DNA of 64,000 nucleotides from Callorhinchus milii (taxonomy: Eukaryota). Within the stretch, counting starts at the first letter, position 1. Each line of letters starts with the position of its first letter. Shown here piece by piece: positions 12,326 through 23,975 of the stretch. The stretch is taken from the NCBI RefSeq assembly GCF_018977255.1, contig NW_024704742.1, positions 135,410,001 through 135,474,000 on the forward strand. Reading direction: 5' to 3'. Under the pieces are notes generated by a model that made no database searches, was not told where the DNA came from, and was given only the letters and a program-made list of their open reading frames with translations. The position numbers were made by a program, and so were the translations under genes.

Positions 12326-12785
12326 TAGAACTAAACCATCGAGTGAGCTAACATTTCTACTGTAAGTTGCGTTGCGTTCCTCCCCAAATTCCACCTAATA
12401 TTTCCTGCAAATGACAAACCATAAAGCCAGTCAGTCGGTCTTGGAAACGTAGAAATTCGTAACGTCGAGAGGGCCGGCAGGAATAGAAATGGGGAACACC
12501 AGTTTTGCATCTTGCCTTATTCTGTGGGAAAGGAAATCGAAACTGTGAGTGATGAGCGCACTTTTTGAGCTCACTGTGGGCAGGAAGGGTATGGTTGAGG
12601 CTTTTGTGTTGTGTTACCGTTAACTTTGTGGTTTGGGAGCACGAGGTTTTGATTTCGAGATCTCTAGTGTTGATCTCATAAGAGTGGGCGATGTGCTCAT
12701 CTGAAGCTGAAATGCTTCTCTGGTGATTTTTCTTTCCCGCAATGTCAGCGCCTTGGGACGTCCTCAACAAATGTAATTTGTTGTA

Positions 12786-13080
12786 TTATTATATTATAAT
12801 AATCCTTGCATTTGATATAGCGCTTTTCACGTCTTCTCGACGTCTCAAAGCGCTTCACAAAATAATAATAATAATAATCCTTGCAATTGATATAGCGCTT
12901 TTCACGTCGGGAGGACTTCCCAAAGCGCTTCACAGAACACACTGTAAAGTGAATTGACTGTATATTTGTGGGCGAACGTTGCAGCCAATTGCGCACAGCA
13001 ATGTCCCACAAGCAGTCGTAGATTGAAAATGACCAATTTATTATTGTTTTTTTTTGTTTTGGAGGGATTATTATCAGGCG
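12786..13080 (-). mobile_element. SINE family A short-subfamily 3' half plus duplicated tail
   Basis: Two tandem aatccttgca...tgatatagcgc tails, then a body matching the 14150-14340 region in reverse. Confidence 0.85.
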
Positions 13081-14019
13081 CCCGTGTTTGTGTGTGTGTG
13101 TGTGTGAGAGAGAGGTGTGCGCACCTCAGCTCTTTTACTGACGCGAATCATTCTTCCCGAGCCTCGTAAGGGCTAAGTCTTTTAAGCGCTCCGAGATTCT
13201 GCCCCGCAAAATGGACCACTGTTTAAATGCAAGTCGAGTTTGCAAAGTCAAACTGCCGCAGAAGAGAAACGCGCCAGCGACGCCGAATTCTTTTTAGTAC
13301 GAAGTTATTTAAAAAAAAAATCGCTGTATTTATATTCAAATCGCTCCTTAAGCTGACAAGTTCGTGAGGGCAGAGCTGCAAGTCAAAGACCTTGTAATTT
13401 TACTGGCTAGCCTATAATTAGGTGTGTTTTCAAAGTATAATTTCGAAGGGAAAAATTCACAACATTTGGGAAATTGCTTTTACCGCTCCACTGTGCTGCC
13501 GTTAATGGGATAATTTGATTTTTGTGGGAAATCTTATGTTTCAGTAAAAGGTTTTCCTTAAACAGCACCTCCTGTTTGGTTTGTGTGTGCGCGTGTGTGT
13601 GTGTGTGTTCTCTCTCTGGTTTGTTTCTGCTCCGTTCATCTCACTCTCTTCGCTTTGTCTCCTGACTCTCCAGAGGCGTGTTCGAGGGAAACCTTTTTGA
13701 CTGCGCCCTCGTACGCCTTTCCGGGTCTCTCCTCCTATCCTCAGCTCCCAACCCTCATCTCGGGTTCCCATACAACAACACAACAATAAATTGCGTTTAT
13801 ACAGTCTTCTTGGGGGTTGGAGACCAGAGGGTTGGAGAGTAGGGGGGACCGGAGGTGGGAGAGATCGGCCTTGAAGGAGGCGAGAGAGGGGACTCGAGTT
13901 GTTGAGGTAATTTTTTGTTCGCCCTCTCAAAAAGGAGTCTAAAGGTTCAATAAAAGTCTAGGGCCCGAGCAGAATTTTGTCCTTCCTTTTCTCTCCCATT
14001 CCCCATCCTCCATCTGTAT

Positions 14020-14345
14020 GGAGTCCTGTAGCTCAGTGGTTAGAGCACTCGCTTTGCAAGTGAGAGACCTGCGTTCAATCCCAGGCAGAGGGCGAAACCT
14101 TGGGCAAGTTTCCTTACTCCACACAGAGCCTAATAATAATCCCTCCAAAACCAAAAACAATAATAAATTGATCATTTTCAATCCATGACTGTTTGTGGGA
14201 CATTGCTGTGCGCAATTGGCTGCCGCGTTCGCCCACAAATATACAGTCAATTCACTTTACAGTATATTCTGTGAAGCGCTTTGGGACGTCTAGAAGACGT
14301 GAAAGGCGCTATATCAAATCCAAGGATTATTATTATTATTATTAT
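14020..14345 (+). mobile_element. SINE family A, short (internally deleted) subfamily, young copy
   Basis: ggagtcctgtagctcagtggttagagc head, junction tccacacagagcctaataataatccc, (tta)n tail. Nearly identical to 45364-45683. Confidence 0.92.
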
Positions 14346-14806
14346 CTCCGCCACCAGCCACCTAGCCAGGCCTGCTCTCAGTGTCCCACAAACAGCCGTG
14401 GGTTCTCTGCGAAGTGCAGTGGCTGTATGTGTGTTTGTTTGCAGGCGAGACAAGGCAGCCCAGTTTGCACACGGCAAACTTTCCCCACGCAATTATATGC
14501 GGCAGCAACTGAAGCAACTCTCTCAATTGAGAGCTCCTGCAAATTAAGCAGCGACTCAGCCCTGCACATCTAGCTGGTTAAATGCAGTCAATTAGCGGGG
14601 AGATTAAGTAAAGGAGAGATCCGAGTTTCTGGAATGCCAGGCGTTAGCGCACGGTTAAAAGCCCAGATTCGTGAAAATGCCATTATCGGGTTTGCTGGTT
14701 TGCGACATCACCTCCTTCAGAGACAGCTTGGCGCTTGTTAATTGTAAAAGAACGGGAAAATTGCACACTCGCGCTGCAAGTTGCTGAATATTTTTACGTC
14801 ACGTGC

Positions 14807-15170
14807 GGAGTCCTGAAGCATAGTGGCTAGCTCGCTCGCCTCGCAAGCCAGAGGACCCGGGTTCGATTCCCGGGCATGGCGAAACGTTGGGCAAGTTTCC
14901 TTACTCCTCACGCCTCTGTTCACCTAACAATAGGTAGGAACCCGGTTGTTAGTCGATTGGATCGCTTTTCAGGCAGGTAATAATCCCCTTTTTTTAAAGA
15001 AAATGAGGTCACGTCTGCCTGTTCAGGTGGATGTTAAAGATCCCGTGGCGCTATTCGCAAAGAAAAACGAGTTTCTCTTGGTGTCCTGGCCAACAAATCC
15101 CCTAAATAAAATTGGTCACTATGTCTACAACTGTAGTGGGACACTGCTGTGTGCAATTGGCTGCCTATTA
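14807..15170 (+). mobile_element. Composite SINE: family A head and centre joined to family B Deu-domain body
   Basis: Family A sequence to ~14990, then gtctgcctgttcaggtggatgttaaagatcccgtggcgctattcg. Confidence 0.75.
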
Positions 15171-15419
15171 TGACATTACTCTGGGTTCCCCATTGATCCG
15201 GTGCCTGACTTGTGGGGTGTTCTGCCCCCCGCTCTCTTGAACTCAATCCTGGACTTCCTCCCTTCCCAAAACGTAGTCTCTTTGACCGGGCATTTGAGCA
15301 CTGTTTCTCTCCCAGCTCCCCGTCCCTCTTTGCTTGGGTCCCACCCACACACACATACACAAAGACGCACACACATACACAGCTCGGGTGCTCACCCAGC
15401 ACTGTGCATTGCAAATTGT

Positions 15420-15778
15420 ATTGTAATAATAATAAATCCTTGCATTTGATACAGCGCCTTATCACGTCTTCGAGACGTTTCAAAACGCTTCTCAGAACAT
15501 ACTGTAAAGTGAATTGATTGTGTGTGTATTTTGTGGGTGAAATGCGGCAGCAAATGGCGCACAGCAGTGTCTCATATACAGTCGTGGATTGAGTGACCAA
15601 ATTATTAGTANTTTTTTTGAAGGATTATTATTATCCGGAAAAGCGATCTGTCAGTCGACTAACAACCAGTACTTACTGCTGGATAAACAGAGGCGTGTGG
15701 ATTAAGGAAACTTGCCTAAGATTTTGCCCCAACTGGGAATCAAACCCAGGTCCTCTCGCTTGCGAGGCGAGTGCTCTA
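15420..15778 (-). mobile_element. SINE family A
   Basis: Reverse tail, centre (aaacagaggcgtgtgg...aaggaaacttgcctaag) and head (cgcttgcgaggcgagtgctct). Confidence 0.88.
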
Positions 15779-16839
15779 TTGTATACAGCGTCCTTCATAC
15801 AGGAAGGCCAACTCAGAGCACAGGAGTAGCAGCACACTGATAAACAACTGTGAGGATGACCTCGAATTTATCAGCCAACATTGCATGGATGAAGTAAAAG
15901 AGTGAGGAAAGAGAGAGAGAGAGAGAGAAAACAATATTTTTTTTCAAATTCTCAAAGCTGACCATTGTGAAATGTTTGGGAACGACAATGTGAAAGAAAG
16001 CAATAAAGCAAAATATGGTGTGTTTTGTGTGTGTGTGGGTGGGGGTGGGGGGGGAAGGGGGGGGTTGTGGAGGGTGAGTGTGAGGGGGTTGGAGGGGTTA
16101 AAACGAGAAATTGACAGAATAATAAAAAAAACATGGTCCATTGGAGGAGTGTGAGACGTTGTGATAAAAGCAATCACATAGGTCACCTAGTGAGTACAGG
16201 CGGGGTCATGTTACAGCAAATGTAACCTCAGGCGACAGCCAAGCCATTCAGTGTTGTTATTACAGTTATTTCACACCTAGTATTTCACACGCACACACAG
16301 TATACGTAGAGTATATATATATATATATATATAATGCAGGGTGACCATAAAGTCATGATACCATTACAATGTCTAGTAAATCTCTAAAGAAATTATCATA
16401 TTTTTAGTTTTTTGGGATAATAGGGCAGTTATCTTGAATTTTGGTCTCCCTGTACATGCAACAGACACGTATACAGACGTGTAGATGTGTATACAGATAT
16501 GTATATCCATGTGTGTATACGCATTATATACACAGAACATGTATACTATCCATGTAAACATATTGTATTCACAAGTACATACATACAACAGAGGTATATG
16601 CAAACACATACTGTATACACACATTACATGTCCACAACCAATGTGTATACGTGTAAACTCACACTATATGCGTGTGTATATACGTACACACCAATGTATA
16701 CTATTTATGTGTAAATGCACAATAGTAAATTACATTTGTATAGCGCCTTTCATGTTAGGAGGACAACCAAGGTACACAATATATATCTAAATAGATATAG
16801 ATACACAATGCATTTATTATATGGAAACAATAATATAAT

Positions 16840-17127
16840 AAATAATAATCCTTGCATTTGATATTGAGCTTTTCACGTTTTTGAGATGTCTTCACAGAAT
16901 AAACTAAAGTGAATTGACTGTATATTTCTTGGCGAAATGCGGCAGCCAGTTGCGCACAGCAGCGTCCCACTAACAGTCGTGGATTCTCTTACTGTTTTTT
17001 TTTCTTGAGGGATTATTATCAACCGTGTGGTGTAAGAAAACTTGCCCAAGGTATCGCTCTGCCGGGAATCGAACCCAGGTCTCCCGCTTGCGAGGCGAGT
17101 CCTCTAAGCACTGAGCTACAGGACTCC
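16840..17127 (-). mobile_element. SINE family A, short subfamily
   Basis: Ends in ctgagctacaggactcc; lacks the central ~60 bp. Confidence 0.85.
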
Positions 17128-17654
17128 ACACACTATATACAAAGTATACAACATAAATATATTGTATTGTCTACGTAGACATACACGACTATTTGGTGTA
17201 CGGTTCTCAGGGATGTAAACTGATTCCGTACAAACATTTTCATTTTGACTCCCAACGGAAAACAAACAAACCCAAAGCCGTGCGAAAGGTGAGTCGTTCC
17301 TCATCCTGTTGGAGATGAGGTACAGACCGGCCGCGATCTGATAGAATGGCGGAACAGGCTCGAGGGTTGAATGCCCGACTCCAGTTTTCACGTGACGCAC
17401 TTTGAGAACGCCCTCCCTACGTGAAAGGCAGTGAACCAAAGGATTGTATCGTTGACTGTTCATGTGGTTGGTGCTTGTGACTTTGCTGGTGCAGATTAGC
17501 TTGAGGCATTTAACCTAAATAACCTCAAGTGATCTGCTGTGGGAAGCACTTTTAAGTAAGTGGTTGCAATCCCGGGGTTTCGGAAGCGCCGTTACCGGCT
17601 TGGGATCCCAGGAATGGTGCTCCCGAAATCCAGTGCCGGTGCTATTCGCTCCGA

Positions 17655-17772
17655 GGTAAACACAGGCGTGAGGAGTAAGGAAACTTACCCAACGTTTCGC
17701 CCCCGCCCAGCAGTCGAACCTGGGTCCTCTCGTTTGCGAGGCAAGTGCTCGAACCACTGCGCTACAGGACTC
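17655..17772 (-). mobile_element. SINE family A 5' fragment
   Basis: gtaaacacaggcgtgaggagtaaggaaac...gctacaggactcc. Confidence 0.75.
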
Positions 17773-18134
17773 CCCCGATGATGGTCAGGGGGTGGGGGCG
17801 GGCGGGGGGGAACTGTTGAAAATCCAATGCCTGGTTGTTCCTGTGGTCTGAGTGGTTCTTGGCGACATTTTACAATGTTGAAAGAGAACTAATTTCAGCT
17901 CGTTGCCTTGCTCCTCGAGAGGTCTGCAAAGAATAGTAACCTTTACGAGGCTTACCGAAGGGCTTAGGAGGATTACTTCACTGGGCTGCTTGTCAGGTGG
18001 AATAGCCGATGCTGTTTCAAACAAATGTAGAGTCTTATTATCCCCGTTTAATCCTGGCTTCAGTCTCCAATTTTACAACCTCTCCACAACCGCCCAACAA
18101 AACCTACATCTGTATAAATTGGCTGCTCATCTCA

Positions 18135-18545
18135 TGTCAGCCTTGGCTCAGCCGGTAGCACTCTCACTTCTGAGTCAGAAGGTTGTGGGTTCAGGCCCCC
18201 ACGTCTGGACTCAGAACTCACGTCATCCTAAGATGACACTATGTACAGCCCTGGGGGGGTGGGGGGTGGGGTGGGTTTGCGTTGCATTGTCTGAGGTTCT
18301 GTCCTTCGGATGAGACCTTAAACCGAGGTCCGTTCAGGTGGACGTTAAAGATCTCACGAGGCTATTCGGAAAGCGAAGGGAATATCTCCTTCTGCCGGCA
18401 ATTCCCCCAAATAAAATGGGCCGTTCACTTTTGTGGGTTGTTGCCGTGTGCAAACGGGCTGCGTTCAACTACAAATAGACAATCACTACACTTTATAGTA
18501 TATAAATGGGAAACACTTCGAGTCATCTCCCCACGTGAAGTGTTA
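18135..18545 (+). mobile_element. SINE family B (Deu)
   Basis: tgtcagccttggctcagccggtagc head; gtccttcggatgagaccttaaaccgagg core. Confidence 0.82.
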
Positions 18546-20123
18546 GGCCCATCGATGTTTATGGAATATCACCATTGCAGGGTTTTGCTGTAAAATGTAG
18601 TGACTGTGCATTTTGTAGGTGAACAAGTCAACCAATTTGTGTGCAACATTTGTCCCACAAACATCTGCGAAGTGAATGCACAATTTTACATTGGGGGGGG
18701 GGATGCGATCGTCACCCAGTCACACACATTTCACAGTGTATCTGGTGAAGGGCTTTGAGATATCTTGATGACATGATAAGGTGCTATATTAAATCATAAG
18801 GGCTTTGAAAATCTCTTTCCCCGCCACTCTAGAAGCGCTGTGGCAACGGTTAGACCACTCGCCTTGCAAGCGAGCGGCCCCGGGTTTGATTCCCGAGCAG
18901 GTCGAAACTTTAGGCACGCTTTACGGAATAGTCTGCAAAGCACTTTGAGACGTCTCGACGACCCGATAAGGAGCTTTATCAAATGCAGGTATCGTCATTA
19001 TTATTAGTAGTATTATTATTATTATAATATTTAACCAGGTTAACAAAATCTAAGAGCTTCGTAACTCCTTGAAAGCCTCTTCCCCACAACTGTGGAGGGG
19101 AGCCCCGCTTTAACCCCACACACATTTATTTCTGAGAATCCAGGACGCCTCACCCTCCCATCCAGGCAGCCAAACATTCTTGTTCGAAATTGTAATAGCT
19201 GGAATATTTAAAGGTTAAATTTACAAGATGATAGCAGTCGACAGCTATTAAGCTATAATTACTTTCTGCCTCTACTACTTGCTGACATTTGATCCGATTA
19301 ATTTAACATAGCGAGGACTTAAAGAGCTGATTCCACTTTGAGATTTTATTTTTGTTGAAACCTGTCTTGCTGCATGAATAGCGTTTAATTTGCATTTAAT
19401 ATATATATAAAAAGATTCCTCTCTCAAGGCTGGTATTAAAATGAAATGATCACCCGTTTGTTGCCCAACCAAGAAGGATAAAAAAAAACAATGTATCACC
19501 TGGCACTTGTGGAGAATAATAATAATATAATAATAATAATCCTTGCATTTTAAATAGCGTCTTATCACGTCGTTGAGACACCTGAACGCGCTTCACAGTA
19601 TATACCGTAAAGTGTAGTGACTATATTTTGTGTGAGAATCGTTACATTTGATACAGTGCCTTTCATGTTGGGAGGATGCCCCAAAGTGCTTCACAGGATA
19701 TATTGTAAAGTGTAGTGACTGTGTGTTTTGCGGGTGAATATGGCAGCCAGTTTTGCGCACAGCAGCGTCCCACAAACATGGAGCTCGTGACCATTTCATC
19801 TATCGGTGGGGGAGGGCGGGGCAGGGAGGCTGGGGATGGAAGGGGTAGTGATGGCAGAAGAAAGAAGGTACTGTATTGGAGGGTCAACGTAAACTTGTGA
19901 CTTCAAAGTCCCAAAGTGGGGCTTGAACCCACAACCTTCTGACCCACATGAGCCAGGCTGATACCGACAGGAACAGCCTTCATTGTTGGGAAGGTTCAAA
20001 TCAAGCTTTTCGCCCGCAAAACATACAGTCAAGTCACTTTGCAGTAAATCCCGTCAAGCGCTTTGAGACGTCAAGCGCTGTGTCAAATGCAAGGATTATC
20101 ATTACGATTATTTTCAAAATCAT

Positions 20124-20161
<38 letters not shown>

Positions 20162-20699
20162 GCGCACGCGAGATGCTCGGACTGTTAAAGACGAGACTCT
20201 TAGTTATTTACCGTATATTGCACGGTTATCGCGCGCGTTCAGAAGCGTGGGGATTTCCAGCACGGAAGGAGTCCATTCGACCCATCATGTCTGCACTACG
20301 TCTTTTAAGGGGCATTGAGCCCAGAGCAGGAGTGTTATGGTCGGGATCTGGCAGCCTGGTGTTTGAAGTGGTTCCTTTGTTTCCGATTTACTGTGTTTTC
20401 TCTCTCTCGCCCCCGCACCCCCTTCACGTGAATATCTTTTCTCACAGTTGATTTATTTGCTTGCTGACTCTTTGTTTCTCTCTGTTTAATCTTTCTCTGT
20501 TTTCCCATACTCTCCCACCAACTCCCCCCCACCCCCCCCCCCACCAATCTTCCACTTCCCCTTATCCTCCTCGCCGTTCTTTAGTTTGTGATCCCATTTT
20601 GTGTTCTTTTCACTTATTTCTCGCTGATTTTGTTTCGATTCTGCCCGTACCCACTGCTCACAAGCCCATCATTTATTACGATCTGCCTCTCATTTTTTT

Positions 20700-21050
20700 C
20701 CCCCCTTCTCTCCATCTGCTTTTTATGTGATTGTGTCTCTCTCTCCCTATCTCTCTGTGTGGGTCTCTTTCCCTCTGTCTGTCTGTCTCTCTCTCTCTCT
20801 CGTCTGTTTGTGTCTGTTGTCTCTCTCTCTCTCGTGTGTGTGGGTCTCGACTGTTTCTGTGTTTTTCTCTTTCTCTCGTTCACTCGTGTATACCTCTTGT
20901 CTCTTTTGGTATTTTTCTCTGTCTTGCTCTGTCATACCCACACACTCCCCCCCCCCTTCCCCCCCTCTCTCTCTCCTCTCTCTATCGCTTTCTCTCTTGC
21001 GCGTGTGTCTCTCATCTATTTATGTGTTTCTCTCCCTCTCTTACTCTTTA
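20700..21050. repeat. CT-rich low-complexity tract
   Basis: Degenerate (CT)n/(TCTG)n. Confidence 0.85.
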
Positions 21051-22039
21051 ATCCATCTCTTAGGTGGGCAACGGAATATATACTTTGCTCTCAGCGAAAG
21101 AAATGGCAATCTATAGTCGCTCAGGAGAGTTTTCCCACTTGGATGAGGAGTGTAGAGAAAGTGGGAGAGAGACAGATAATAGGATATGGCACCACAGTTA
21201 AAACATAATGGACCATCTGTGCTGTTAACTGTTCCATGTCTACGTTGGTAACCATAGCATAGTTGTCATTAGGCTGCCTTGGTCTCTTCCTCCCCCCCAC
21301 CCCCTCTCTCTCTCTCTCGCTCTTTCTCGCTCTCTTTCTCACTCGTTCCTCTCCCCTCTCCCCAATTTTTTCTCTTACACAGAAAGCCCAGTGAATCCAC
21401 TTAACAGCATGTCCTGTGAAGCGCTTTGAGACGTCTCGACGACGTGATAAGGCGCTGTATCAAATGCAAGGCTTATATTATTATTATTATAATTGTTATT
21501 ATTATTATGCTTCCATAGCCCCACCGGAGTGCAAAAAGAATTGTTCGGAGATGACTGTCGTACAGCGAGTGTGTGTGTGTGTGTGTTTTTTTTTGCAGCT
21601 TGTTAGCATTCAGCTTGAGAAGCTCCACAAATTGACACAGGAACCGAGAGAGAGGAGCAGCTCAAAGCCTGTGGTTAATTGTTATATTGGGTGTTGCCGC
21701 ACAGGTCGTTTGTGGCCGCGGGCTTCGACTTGCGAACTGAATTTGGTAACGGTTTGGCAGGTGGGAGATCCGCTCGCAGTCTGAGTCGAAGAAGAAAAAA
21801 TCATTATATAATGATGATAATATTAATCCTTGCATTCGGCTCTGCGCCTTTTCACTGAGGGGAGGACGCCTCAAAGCACTTAATAATAGTAATAATAACC
21901 TTTGCGCTTGATGTTGCGCCTTATCTCGCCGTTGAGACGTCTCAAAGCGCTTCACAGAACACACTGTAAAATGTAGTGACTGTGGTATTCACCACGTTTG
22001 ACGTTAAACTCCCGTGAAGCGCTTTGAGACGTCTCAACC

Positions 22040-22472
22040 ACGTGAGAAGGTCTCCTATGCCAAATGCAAGAGTTATTATCGTTGTATTATTATTTACTGC
22101 AGACTGCAGTGATTGTGTGTCATTTTGTGGGCGAACGAGGCAGTCGATTGGCAACCGGCAATGCCCGGCAAACAGCCGGGGAGTGAATGGTCGATTTTAT
22201 CTGGGGGATTGTTGGCCAGGAGAAACTCGGAGAGCACCATGGGATCTTTAATGTCAACCTGAACAGGCAGACGGGACCTCAGCTTAAGGTCTCATCCGAA
22301 GGACGGCAACTCTGACTCCCCCCAATCCATTGGGGGGTCTGCTGAGACTCTTTGAGATGCTAGTCTTGATGTTGGGGTGGAGCGGGGGGTGGGGGGAGAA
22401 GTGTAGGGGGCTTTGAACCTATTAACCTTTTTCCTCAGAGCCAAGAGGCTACCGACTGAGCCAGACTGACAC
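22040..22472 (-). mobile_element. SINE family B (Deu), degraded, adjacent to mixed tails
   Basis: catgggatctttaatgtcaacctgaacaggcagacgggacctc core; gactgagccagactgacac head. Confidence 0.75.
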
Positions 22473-22543
22473 AACACAGACAGATGATTCGTAATGAAAG
22501 GAGCCATTACGCTTTATGATTTTTAGCAACAACAAAATAGAAC

Positions 22544-22576
<33 letters not shown>

Positions 22577-22964
22577 GAACTTGTAACAGAAATAAAACGT
22601 GCAGCTTGCTTTTGCTCCAACCATTGTCTCCGAAACTCTGGGTTATGACCCATAATATATCAAGTCATCGGGTTTGTTCAACGGATTCCTGTTTGTTCAG
22701 TTGGGGGAGATTGACATCAGCTATTTGGTTGCCGTGCGCTGTGGTTCTGCCTCGTTTTCTGTATTACTTTGCTGAAGACTCTCTAAGAGGAAACCAGAAG
22801 ATTACAATACTGTGTGTTGCAAGGAATGTTTGTTTGTTTGTAAAACCAGGCGGTTGATTTGATCGGAAACGGTGGCAGAATGTAAGCGCAGTGAATGCAG
22901 TCACTGGGGGCAGGTAATCTTCCTGCTCTCCTGCTAACCCTGCAAGCCAATGCCCTAACGGAAA

Positions 22965-23309
22965 GGGTGGTCCTAGCTGGACAAGCAGTGCGAAAGCTTG
23001 CCAGACAGCGCTATCTATGGCAAGCTGTGCGGTTTTAGCTGGTTAGACTCCAGCAGTTACCCCAACATACACTCTGGGGACCCCAAGCCTTGGCTCTTGC
23101 CAACCTGCGCCTAATACTTTCCGGAATTAGGTTATCAGTCTGTGTCCCTCCAGAGAGAGAGAGAGAGAGAGAGAGCGCACTCCATTCCAACAATCTATCT
23201 CTGGGATTTCCATGTGTAGGTGGGATGCCTGGAATTCTCAGCTTGGTTTGGACGCTCTTAAGCAACGGTGATGGGTTTCCATGTGTGTCAGACACCTGGC
23301 TGAGCAAAA
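22965..23309 (+). mobile_element. Unclassified dispersed repeat family C with A-rich 3' end (longest copy)
   Basis: Homologous segments at 2503-2557(-), 3236-3560(-), 49661-49850(-), 56022-56288(+), 61915-62158(+) and 63120-63240(-). Ends gtgtcagacacctggctgagcaaaa. Confidence 0.75.
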
Positions 23310-23639
23310 CGAAAGCGCCTGATGATACGATAAGGCGCTTTATCAAACACACAAGTAACAGTAGTAATATTGTCAGAGGTGCTGGCTTTCAGATGAGACG
23401 TTAAACTGAGGCTCAACTGGGGTGGACATTTATGATTCGGCAGTGCTTCTGGGAAAGAGAAAGGAGTTTCTCCTGATGTCCTGGCTGAAAATCGCCCAAA
23501 TAAAATTGGTTGCTTCATCCAGGTGACGTGCTCTAAGACGCTACTCGCTACATGAAAGGCACTGTAGAAACACAAGGTGATATTGGAGTCTACATCTCAA
23601 AAACTAATTGTAATAATAGAAATAGTTCTTGCAGTCGAT

Positions 23640-23975
23640 AACAACAAATTACATTTGTGTAGCTCTTCTCACATCGAGAGAATGTCCTAAGGCACTGGAC
23701 AATAAAGGATTTGCTCCCGAGCTGGGAGTTGGGATTGGGATTAGCAGGAATGGAGGGCAGGGAGAGCGGGGGATAACAGGATGTCTGAAGACTTGGTCGA
23801 AGACGAAGGTCTTGAGACGGGTCTTGAAGGAGTCAAGGGAGTGAGCGAGGTGAAGAGACTGAGGGGTGGAGTTCTGAAGGGCGGGGGTTAGAGAGGCTGA
23901 AGGCCCGATTGCCAATGGTGAGGCGGGCAGGGCAGGGGACATGTGGTAGACCGGAGCCCGTAGAGCGGATGTGGA
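23640..23975 (-). mobile_element. L2 LINE 3' fragment
   Basis: NSTPQSLHLAHSLDSFKTRLKTFVF on the minus strand plus L2 tail. Confidence 0.85.

Noticed and set aside
17230..17294. Strong donor AAG|GTGAGT at 17288/17289 as an alternative coding exon
   Set aside because: The phase-1 frame has a stop and no ATG, and the site is wedged between SINE and CR1 pieces. A noncoding exon cannot be excluded but is unsupported.
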